The notes under the pieces are model-generated. The model had not been told where the DNA came from and did no database searches. It was given only the letters and a program-made list of their open reading frames with translations. Below, one piece after another: positions 1-9,899 of a stretch of 64,000 nucleotides of DNA. The translations under genes and the position numbers were made by a program. Position 1 is the first letter of the stretch. Each line of letters starts with the position of its first letter. Source of the stretch: Selaginella moellendorffii (Eukaryota; Plantae; Lycopodiophyta); contig NW_003314264.1 in assembly GCF_000143415.4 (NCBI RefSeq), positions 1,683,710 through 1,747,709 on the forward strand, given 5' to 3'.

Positions 1-596
1 CCAACAAAGAAGCTGTAGCAACCGCTGGTCATGCACTTAAGCTGGATGGAAACTACACCACCTCAGTAAGTCAAGCTGTTTGCCATGGCACAGTGATCCG
101 TTCTACTGTTTCCATTTTGTGATTCAGCCTTACATAGAGATCATCCTGGCGAACAGACCAGCTTTTGGTGATGGCATCACTGGCGTTCATGACTCTCAAG
201 CAGCCAGACTCCAGGAGCTAGTGGATTTTGTGCAAGCACAGGTAACTATCGCTTTCCGCAGTTCTAGCGAGGTTTTGTGAAGATGGCTCTGTTGAATGGA
301 CGGTGTTGCTTTTTGTTAGGACGAAGCCATTCATTATTTCGCATTGCAGGGTGGAAATCCCAGCTCGGAAACACTGGCGAGTCCAGCATTATCTGTTGAG
401 GGCGTGCTGGATGGTTTCGACGCCAGATTGAAGAGGCTTGAGAGATGGCAAATCATAAACACGGTAGACTCTACGAGTTTCTATGCATGAAAGAGCTGAA
501 TTGTACTCTGCTGCGCAGGTTCTCTGGACATTTTTCGTGTCAGCGTTCATTGGCTACGTACTTTACCAACGATCGGCCAGGCGCCCAAGCAGATAA
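1..596 (+). CDS. 3' part of a spliced gene encoding a protein with a C-terminal transmembrane anchor (function unknown)
   Basis: Exons <1-65, 128-241, 350-463 and 519-596 join in frame through GT-AG introns: ...NKEAVATAGHALKLDGNYTTS|PYIEIILANRPAFGDG...VQAQ|GGNPSS...RLKRLERWQIINT|VLWTFFVSAFIGYVLYQRSARRPSR*. The end is a hydrophobic helix followed by a basic tail. Confidence 0.75.
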
Positions 597-834
597 GATT
601 CATTTTCTTCTTTGCTGAGGAGGTAAAAGAACGGAAACTCTGTAAGTTCTCGCATTTGGAACACGCAGCAACCAATGGCAGCATGTTTTCAAAACTTCAC
701 TGTTTAAGCTTAGTAGCGCTAGTGCCGCCCGAGGGAGTACATCGAGCTCAACTGGAAGTCGTAGCAGCAAGCTATCAAAGTCGGGCAAGGTAGCTTGTGT
801 TTACATTGTTGCATTTACTTACTATTATAGATCA

Positions 835-1015
835 AGGAACACAGCGTTGATCAGGACTTTGTCCAGAAATTCCAGCGCGGTCACAGCGATTCTTGGTGGA
901 CACGGCGAGTGGAAGCACTTGGAGGAGTGTAACGATGTTTGTGAGCGTCGACTGGAGCCACTGAGGACTTTGAGGAATGTGTGCTCAATCGCGCTACGAG
1001 CCGATTTGAATGCGT
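835..1015 (+). pseudogene. Deletion-riddled remnant of the secreted 8-Cys protein gene
   Basis: Segments ggcgagtggaagcacttggaggagtgtaacgatgtttgtgag, gtcgactgg, gagccactgagg and gactttgaggaatgtgtgctc match GEWRHFEEFNDVC, IDW, EPLR and DFEECLL of the genes at 3089 and 4958. Confidence 0.65.
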
Positions 1016-1101
1016 GAGATTATTCTCTAGTTTATTCTCTTTGAGCGGTTATGATCTGTCGTTTTGAATGGTTAGGATTTGTCTTGTCAATGAAGAACCC
1101 T

Positions 1102-2833
1102 ATGGCGGATCCACTGAGGGACTTGTGGAATTTGCGAGAAGCGCCAGCTCGCTGTAAAGCTGGGCATGCTGAAGAGTCCCTCTGTGTTCTTCGTGGCTCC
1201 CACGCCGGAGGAGAAAGCGGACGTGCTCAGGAGCTTTCTCAAAGGTATTTTTACACTCGCGGGCCTTTGACGCTCGGCATGCTCTCTCTCCAGAGTGTGC
1301 GCCTCGATCGAATTGCCGATGAGGATTCCATGGATGTCACGTACAAGACTCTCGCCGAGTTTTGCAAACCAACGGTCCCCGAGCTCCAAGGCTTGAAAGA
1401 GTTTCTCCTCAAGAAGCCCGATGGTTGCACAATTCGCGTGAGTCCCAGGACATACAAGCGGGTCCGTGATTACGATTTGCAGGGCCTCTTCGAGCCTTCG
1501 AATGGAGATCGCTGCTTCGCGCTCGAGGAGCATCTCGCCGGCTGTGTACTCCAACCAGAAACAGGTCTGTCTACATACAGATTCTCTCTTTCACTGACAC
1601 GGTGTTCTTGTGCTCGTTCCAGGTGCTTCAAGGCTCTCGTTCGTTCATGCCTGGGACAACCTGATCAACAAGTCTTTGCGACTGTTCTTGAGCGTGAGCT
1701 TCACCAAGGACCGTAATACGAATGCTGCAATTCCCCCGCTTGTTGGATATGTGGGTGATCGCTGGTCGCTCTGGACAGGCGAAGAGGGAGGGGCTGGCAG
1801 CAGTAGTCAGCTCTTTTACAAGCGGAAGTGGTACTACAAGACAATCCCTTACATTCTCGGCTACCACGCAAGCGGCCTCGCAGTGACGCTGGTTGCGCTT
1901 TATAATAGTCGTGGGGATGGTCGTGGAGAGGCCTCGAGCATGGCTTTGGCAAACTTCAACTTGCACGACCTTGATGAAAGGATCAGACTGTTCATGGTTA
2001 TGCTCAACATCGCTCGCGTGCTGGGAGGTTTGCACGAGATTTGTGTGAAGAACAACGAGGGGAGCGAGTTTGAGCTTGTGAAAGCCATAACGACCGGGAA
2101 ATCGGTGACGCTGGCCGGAGATCTGGTTGTTAAAGGCTACCAGACGGAGGAGAAGAGGATGAAAGTTTGGAAGGTATACTCCGCTCTCCGGGGCTGCCCA
2201 AACATGGAGAAGTGCTTGAGCGGGAAGCCAGCATACCAAAAGATCAAGAGGAGGGCGACCGGCGAGTACACGCTCAGGTTCTCTCCTCGCCTAAGCAGGA
2301 CTGCTCGGGCGACAACGCAGGAATCACTTGTGAGAGCTCTCCTCGACGTCGCTGGAGCTCTGGCGTGGCTCCGGCGAAAGGGATGGATCCACAGGGATGT
2401 CCACTGGGGGAACGTGGCGTGGGACGAGGCAACCGGGGCGTGGACGCTGATCGACGCGGAGGAGGCGTGCACGGTTGAGCAGGCGGCACGAGCGGCGCAT
2501 CCGTTGAACTCGCAGAGCCACGCGCCTGAGATGCTATCAGGTTGCCATGGTACTGCAGTCGACGTCTGGGGTTTGGGCTATCTCATCAGGACCGGCAGTG
2601 ACGCGACTGTTGCGAGTAAGCTCGTGGATGATACCCTCTGGGAGCTCTCGGAGAAGTGTATGGCCATGGATCCCGCGGAGAGGCCGAGCATAGCCCAGTG
2701 CCAAAGCAAGCTCGAAAGTTGTCTGGAGACGATATTGTCAGATGAGTGTATGAATGTGTATAAACGGGCAAGACTAGTGGAGAGTAGTAATTCATTATTT
2801 AAAACCATGCAACCACGTTGGGTGGCGCAGTAA
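1102..2833 (+). CDS. Crinkler (CR)-like protein: degenerate restriction-endonuclease-fold domain fused to a Ser/Thr protein kinase
   Basis: ORF 1051-1716 joins ORF 1610-2833 via intron 1565-1622 (GT..cactgac..AG), giving QPETG|ASRLSFVHAWDNLI. Then DRNTN...WTGEEG...WYYKTIPYILGYHASG, the pattern of the CR REase region. Kinase motifs follow: HRDVHWGNV, LIDAEEA, HAPEM, HGTAVDVWGLGYLI, DPAERPS. The start codon and possible further 5' introns are uncertain. Confidence 0.75.
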
Positions 2834-3030
2834 TCTAGATTTTAGTGAATGTAAACACATAATAATGTAGATTAAAACCCATGCAACCACGTCAACAGGG
2901 TGGCGTGCAAACTCATTCATACTGTTTCTTGCCGGCTTCTTGGTCAAAGTAAACTTCAAGCATGAACTTGCACAGGGGTCAAGGAGCACGCGTTAATTAA
3001 CGAGAGGACGCTCCTCCGTATAAATTCCAA
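2806..3030 (+). promoter_or_regulatory. Putative promoter of the Cys-rich gene: repeated CATGCAACCACGT motif and TATA box
   Basis: CATGCAACCACGT at 2806-2818 and 2880-2892, TATAAA at 3019-3024, about 70 nt before the ATG. The same arrangement recurs upstream of the copy at 4958 (motif at 4756, TATAAG at 4893). Confidence 0.4.
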
Positions 3031-3088
3031 GCCTTGGGCTCCAAGCATAACGATCATCATATAAGTATCTACAATCAAGCTGTGGGCG

Positions 3089-3457
3089 ATGTCGATCAAA
3101 ATGATGATCCTGGTGGTGCTCGTCTCCAGCGGGCTCCGTGGCCTGGATGCTGGCACCGTCTTGTTCAGGGACGCCGAGCTGTCGAGCGGGTGTGGGACGA
3201 TGACATGCCCGATCCCGGCGTGCGTGATTCTGGTGACCAAGGTCCACGGCTGCACGGGGGGCCAGACGGTCTCGGTGAACTGCGGAGAGTGGAGGCATTT
3301 CGAGGAGTTTAACAAAGTTTGCCAGGGAGGGGCGCTGAGCATCGACTGGGGAATCAAGCCGCTCAGGATCCAATTCAGGAACAGCGCCGGGGACTTTGAA
3401 GAGTGTTTGCTCAAGAGTGGTTTCAATGGTGCCAAGTTTGGGTGTAACATGGGCTAA
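3089..3457 (+). CDS. Small secreted cysteine-rich protein (122 aa, 8 Cys, N-terminal signal peptide), family not recognised
   Basis: Intronless ORF with hydrophobic leader MSIKMMILVVLVSSGLRGLDA and 8 Cys in the mature region. A paralogue at 4958-5322 keeps all 8 Cys, and there is a TATA box upstream. Confidence 0.8.
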   Translation: MSIKMMILVVLVSSGLRGLDAGTVLFRDAELSSGCGTMTCPIPACVILVTKVHGCTGGQTVSVNCGEWRHFEEFNKVCQGGALSIDWGIKPLRIQFRNSAGDFEECLLKSGFNGAKFGCNMG

Positions 3458-3565
3458 AACTTTGCCACGCTCATGGTATCCAAATGACAAATAATCTATG
3501 TATGAATCGTATATAGTTCATTTAGATTACTTGGAATCATGGTCAGGATCGCTAAGCGGTTCCTT

Positions 3566-3981
3566 CATCAAGATGAGGCCGACCGGCGAGTACACGCTCA
3601 TCTTCTCTCCAGGCGACAATTCATGAATCACTCGTGATGCTCTCCTCACGTCGCTGGAGCTCTTGATCCACAGACGGAACGTGGCGTGGGAGGCAGCCTG
3701 GGCGACGCGGAGGAGGAACGTGCACGGGGGCGCGTGGCTCTGCGAGTTCAAGGGATGCGCTCCTGCTTGGGATGCTACCGGGTTGCCACGGTACTGCAAT
3801 CTCATCAGGACCTCCAGTGATGTAAGTGTCGCGAGGATACCCCCTGGGAGCTCTCGGATGGATCTCGCGGAGAATAGCCCAGTGCCATAGCCTCGAAAGT
3901 TGGCTGGAGACGATATTATCAGATGTATGCTTAGCTGGAGTAACTTAATTCGTGATTTTAAACCATGCAACCAGCAGTAAT
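3566..3981 (+). pseudogene. Truncated, internally deleted copy of the 3' part of the CR kinase gene
   Basis: Colinear blocks match 2243-2833 (gaccggcgagtacacgctca, atccacag, ggaacgtggcgtggga, ggttgccacggtactgca, ctggagacgatattatcagatg, taaaaccatgcaacc) and are separated by many short deletions. Confidence 0.85.
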
Positions 3982-4248
3982 TCATTGATGTCGATTAAAC
4001 CCATGCAATTACCGTATATTCATGCAACCAATTCCCAGAAATGCAACCATGAGCTAGATTAAAGCCCATGCTGTCGTAAGAATTTATAGAAATGCAAAAA
4101 CGTCGTAATCTAGATTTTAGAAACTGTTTCTATAAGGCGGTTGCCGGAGTCAAAGTAAACTTTCAAGCATGAACTTGCACAGGGGTCAAAGGAACACGCG
4201 TTAAGTAATGCCTCTTCAGATAAGTATCTACCAATCAAGATGTGGGCG

Positions 4249-4430
4249 ATGCCGATCAAAATACTGATCCTGGTGCTGCTCGTGTCTGCCGAGCTATCCA
4301 GCGGGTGTGGGAGAATGACGTGCCCGATCCCAGCGTGCGTGATTTTGGTGAACAAGGCCCACGGCTGCAAGGGGCCCTGTCGGTGAACTGTGGCGATTCC
4401 AGGAGTTTAGCAGGGCGGGCGCTGAAGCAT
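4249..4430 (+). pseudogene. Degenerate copy of the secreted 8-Cys protein gene
   Basis: atgccgatcaaaatactgatcctggtgctgctcgtg...ccgagctatccagcgggtgtgggagaatgacgtgcccgatcccagcgtgcgtgattttggtgaac matches 3089-3350 with deletions. Upstream sequence is also homologous. Confidence 0.85.
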
Positions 4431-4957
4431 ATAATGATCTTACCACAATCATTTGAATCCCTGATAAAGAATATTCTTTTCTTATGTAAATCTAAACGTG
4501 TATGATGTTCTATTACTTGGAATTCACAATACGTTACTTTGGCCTGACAACGAACCAAAACTAAACAACTTGCTCTCGCATAAAATTTAAAACCCGGCAT
4601 AATGAATGATAACCTTGCGCCAAGATTTCTTCGGCAGCGATCCACCCAGTTGAATCTGCCAATGTAAATGTGGATGCTTTGACACACAGCGATTAGGTAT
4701 AGACTAAACTACATTAAAGACCGCAGTAATCTAGATTTAAAACGCAGTAATTTCTCATGCAACCACGTTGCAAACTATTCTGTCTTTCCGGTCCCGAGTG
4801 AAAGTAGAATTTCAAAGTCAAGCATTCATATCCGCGAACTTGCGCAGAGGCCAAGGAGCACACGCGTTATGTAACGTTAGGATGCTCCTGCGTATAAGTT
4901 CCAAGCCTTGGCTCCAACCGGGAAGCATAACGAGCATCATATATCAAGATGTGCGGG

Positions 4958-5322
4958 ATGTCGATCAAAATGGCCTGGTGGTGCTCGTCGCCATGGGGCT
5001 GCGCGGCCTGGATGCTGGCACCGTCTTGTTCAGGGACGCCGAGCTGTCGAGCGGGTGTGGGAGGATGACGTGCCCGATCCCGGCGTGCGTGATTCGGGTG
5101 GACAGCGTCCACGGCTGCACGGGAGGGCAGACGGTCTCAGTGAACTGCGGCCAGTGGAGGCACTTCCAGGAGTTTAACGATGTTTGCCAGGGCGGGGCGC
5201 TGAGCATCGACTGGGGGATCGAGCCGCTCAGGCTCCAATTCAGGAACAGCGCCGGGGACTTTGAGGAGTGCTTGCTCCAGCAAGATTTCAATGGCGCCGA
5301 GTATGGATGTAACATGGGCTAG
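4958..5322 (+). CDS. Second copy of the 8-Cys protein; mature region intact but signal peptide frameshifted (possible pseudogene)
   Basis: The mature region is nearly identical to the 3089 copy. After ATG TCG ATC AAA ATG a net 4-nt loss (atgatc to gc) puts the homologous ATG out of frame. The next in-frame ATG is at 4993, inside the leader. Confidence 0.65.
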
Positions 5323-5624
5323 GACTTTATAGCCACTAGAACCAAGGACTATACAGCTTGTGCAGTATGAAATCTCTGCTTGTTTTCTGTCTAATATCAT
5401 AGTATCACAAATATTAATCTGATAATCTTAAATTGACTACATGACCATCATGGTGTGAGGAATTCACAAAAAAGTTTGCGTCTGATACTTTGGTTTTTGC
5501 TAGAGGATCGGTTGGAGCTTCCAGATTAGTGCGCAGTGTGATCGATTGCATTGATAGGCAAAATCTGGTGTCCAGTATAAAAATGTACAAGGAGAGACGA
5601 GGAGGTCTCCCTTCGTCTCATACT

Positions 5625-8600
5625 TTATAATGCGCTCTCCAGGAGCTCCATCTCGGGCGTTTTGTATCTGCAAACCTTTCGCGCGTGAGATTATCTATCA
5701 TCGCGCTGTCTAAGCGTACCTTTTCCTGGCGGAAGATTCACTTTCCAAGCTCTACGCAAGCACAAAGAAGACTCAAAGAGTGAGAAATCGCATGGATAGA
5801 ATTACCTCTGGAAGTAAGTCCTTGCGGGTGATTACACCGAGTATCCTAGAAGGCCGGGGTACAACACAGACGTGACGAAGTCCCAGCTGTCGAAACAGGT
5901 TGTAGACCTGGAAAGCAAAGAGTCTGAGGATTCACGGCGGTGGCTAGTGTCGAGAATTTACCTTCGTGAGGGACATGTCCTCGGAAACTATGTAAGGCGA
6001 GGGATTTACAAACGGTTGTAAATCCAAATACATCTCCATTTCTACCGCTGTGAGATTGACGTCGAATATTGACAGACCCTTGCTAGACACGGGCTTTACA
6101 AAATCTGTGACGCTATACCTGCCAGTATCAAGAAAAACTTTAGTGGAAGGTATGCTGAAAGAATGCTTACTTGTTTTTGGTACGATTTTCATGTCCGGGA
6201 GTCGGACCGTGTTGAAAATCTGCTTTAGTTTGCAACACCACCAACAAGTGGCTGCAAACGAGCATTATAGCCACGCAAAAGTATCTACATGCAACTTACC
6301 TCCGCAGTACGAGGCCAATAACTGCCGTTTCCCCGTTTTGAAGTTGCTCTATTACCTGCAAATGAAAGTCAGCAACGCACTGGTCGATTCGAAATATTAC
6401 ATACCGGAAATCCATTGTGACTGACGCTACGTAAAACTGAAACAATAGAGCCCACTTTTGAAACTCGAGGGAAACTGACGACCTGCAAGACGACGTTAAG
6501 ACAAGAGCTAAGACAGCTCAGATTTACCTTGCTAGTGTGAAGAGCATCCTTGGCAGACAGTTTTCTCAGAAATCGTTTGGGGCGAGATTCAAGAAGGGGT
6601 ATTTGTCGTAGATACGCTTGTTGCTCATAAAATCCCATATTAAAGGCATCTCCAACAGCCTGTAGAATGAATGAGATACATTAAGTTTCCATTGTCCTTT
6701 TACCTTTGATATAAGCAGCACAAGCATTATCAATGGCAGGAGCTGCAGGTTGTTTGTGATCTCTACCATGATCACACACAACGATACAGTCATCCGCATG
6801 GAACCACCAAGAAAAGAAGCTGCTCCCAACAAAGCATATCTGCATGGAAAACGAAAGCAGAAAGGATATGAGTGGAAAAAACTAAATAGCTCACGTTCCC
6901 TCGTCAATTCCGTCTTTCTTATACAGATTGACTACAAGCATTCCCACAAGGCGTCCATAAGTAGCTCCTATCATTATTCCGGGAACGAATTGGCCGGCAG
7001 GAACAGCTGTTCCGTAAGTTATAGTAGCAAGAAAGAAGAACAAAGCCTAAAATGCAAGAAGTTAGCATTCTTTCCGTGCCACTAAAGAGACTCTTACCAG
7101 GAACGTAAGTAAACTACGGGCACTGTACTCGTGAACAGTCTTCGTACTAAACAGGTTGCGAATGGCATCGTCCTAAAAATTAATCCTCAATAAGAGCAGA
7201 CAATATAAGGAAAAGAATAATAGAAAGGAAAACTTACGGGAGTATTGAAAAAAATCGTTGCAAGATCATTGTATTGGGAATCTTTAGGACAGTTAAACTA
7301 GAAAGAAAATGGATTAGACTTGAAACAGAACGGGCTTGGAACTTACAAGAACATAATTTCCATAATGTTGCTGAGGTCGAGGGCAAACAATGTCCGGATA
7401 TTTAACAGGATCGGGGCATGGAGTGCACTTGTTCAGCAGAGGTATACCAAAGGACAGCACAGACGTAATCAAAGACACCACGCAGACCTCAATAATCTGC
7501 ACAAAAGTTTATTCATGTAAGATTCTCTCAAATGTTGTCGGTACCTTCACACGATTTCCTCTCTTGTGTAGCACATTCCGACGATATGAAGAAAGCATAT
7601 AAGTTAGTTGATTGAAGAGTGCGCCTGTAAGGGAACGTCATAAGCTACACGGGGGCGATCTTTCTTACCTAGCAATCCTCCTATAACGCCAAGTAGTGCC
7701 ATTGGCCAGAGTTCGTAAAATGAGTAATCTTCTTGACCACTACGGACTACTGTGAGCTTTGATCTGGAAAAGTAAAAAGCAGCTTACCCAGATGTATCCC
7801 ATATAATAAAGCCACCAGAGCCAAAATGACCACAATTTCCATGAGTACACCATCCCATTGCAGTTCGAACCATAACAGCAACTATAGCAGAGGTAAAAAA
7901 GACGCGCCAAAGCAATTGACTCCGCCACCTGAATCCCGATGGTTTGAAATAAGACACAAGAAAAAAAAGCTTTTCAAGCGTACCATGACGTAACTTCTTC
8001 AAGAGCGAAAAGCACTCCTCCTACTGGAGCTCTAAATGCTGCAGATACACCAGCAGCACATCCACACGTCACCTAAGCAAGGCTCCCAAGTTGAGAAAAA
8101 CGATTGAATGCTTTTTAACACTTACAAGATCACGTCTGTCCCGATCGTTCTTAAACATTCTGATCCATCTCGAGTTGAGATAATATTTGGTAGAGCCTCC
8201 CTGTTCATTAGTCATCACTGTTAGAAGATCCTCACCTTAGCTAAGTATCGAGTGAAGTTTACCTGTCCGATCAGTGAGGCAATGCAAGCACCCGTGTGCA
8301 CGAGAGGCCCCTCTTTACCCAGAGCTAATCCTCCCCCAACAGAACCAATGCTTCCAAGTATCTGCAATGAGAAAAACCTTGAAAAATCTATACAAACGAC
8401 GCCAAAGAACTTACTTTTCCGACAAGAGTTCGGAACAAAAGAATTCCTGGCGTATCTATGCCTGAAGACCACCGCATTAGCAGACTCGTTAACCATCGAC
8501 TAGCTACAAGACTTACCTACCGTTTAGATATCCTTTTAGTTCTGGAATGCCAGATCCAGCCGCAGCTGGAGCAAAGCTTGTGACAATGTACACGGAGGAG

Positions 8601-9122
8601 AAGACCAACGCAACGTTGAACAAGGCATAGATGACAAAGCCTGCAAGATAGGAATGCCTCATTATCGCAAATGTAGCGAGGAACTTCCACCCCGAGAAAT
8701 TCTCTACAGCGACATTGATCGCGAAAGCTGAGAGGCCAGTCCCTGGTTGCATCGATTCCATCAAAATCCGGACAAGTCGAGCAACTTCCACTCACCTACA
8801 CCGATAAATAGAGCAAACAGCCACTTCAATGTCACATACGATCCCAGCTGCCACCAGCCCTTCATCGCCTGCCACGATCCAGCCGACAGATCTGTGAGAC
8901 AAATGGGAAGCAATTTCGAACAGATCTCACCTGATCGTCACGGTATGCGACGCTCTCAATGACCTCGTAATCCAAGCTCTCGACGACGCTGGAAGCTTCA
9001 TTCGCGGCATTCCACTCGTCGGCTGCCACAGCTCCAGCAGCATCGTCGGAGAGAGGCGAATCGGTGGTGAGGAGGCGCGACCACATGAGGCCTGTAGCGC
9101 CTTCGCCAGACTCCACATCCAT
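5625..9122 (-). CDS. CLC-d: CLC chloride channel / Cl-/H+ antiporter, CLC-d type, multi-exon
   Basis: Exon translations include [134 protein letters not shown], and the CBS domain PSPYIVSEDMSLTKVYNLFRQLGLRH...GVITRKDL. Introns are short GT-AG. ATG at 9122, TAA at 5625-5627. Confidence 0.93.
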
Positions 9123-9899
9123 GAGCGAAGCAGAGTGCGTCCGCAAAAACCCTAGCTCGCCCTGGACAGAGTCCACAGTGAAAGAGCGCTTTCCTTTCTC
9201 TGTAGTCTTGTGGACGGTCCAGATGCAAGATCAAGTGAAATGAAATAGACTTGTTTACAAAAATAGTGCTGTGATTTCTCCTTGCCATCACAGAAAGTCA
9301 TATTGATAGATAATTATAAATACTTCTATTACTTTGAAGAAACTCAACCCCCCAAACCTAAAACATTCCAGTCAAGTGGGAGTCAAATGTGAGTTAAGTG
9401 GGAATACTAATTTGGATTGAAAATTTGTGACTCCACGACTTTGTAACCATAACAATATCACTCCACCATACACATGATTATGTGTGGCTTTATAGGCATG
9501 GGATAGGGATCAATTACAGTGCGTCTGCATATTATTGCCATGTATCAGCAATGCCAGGGTGATTGGTGAGACTGTCAGCGTCATGGAGGAGAGTGGGGGT
9601 GCAATGGAGGAAGCCCTATATGCAGCCAAGATGCTAATACACGAGGAGATTCCTTCAAGAGCATAGGTTGGAAGGGAATGTAATTCTATAGCAAATTCTT
9701 CAATAATGGGAAAACTTTATAATATGGGGATGTCGATGGGGAGTTCTGGGAGAAGTTCCATTAACTCACATTTATCCCAAGATCCTAAGTGAAGATCCCA
9801 TTGCATTCATTAAGAGCCACATTCATCTACTATTATGTGTATGTTTTTCTTAAGCTATACATTTACTACAAAATGACATTATTCAATTTTATTGACATG

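Noticed and set aside
1087-1554. 155-aa minus-strand ORF and other antisense ORFs over 1600-3490
   Set aside because: Shadow ORFs of GC-rich plus-strand coding sequence with no recognisable motifs.
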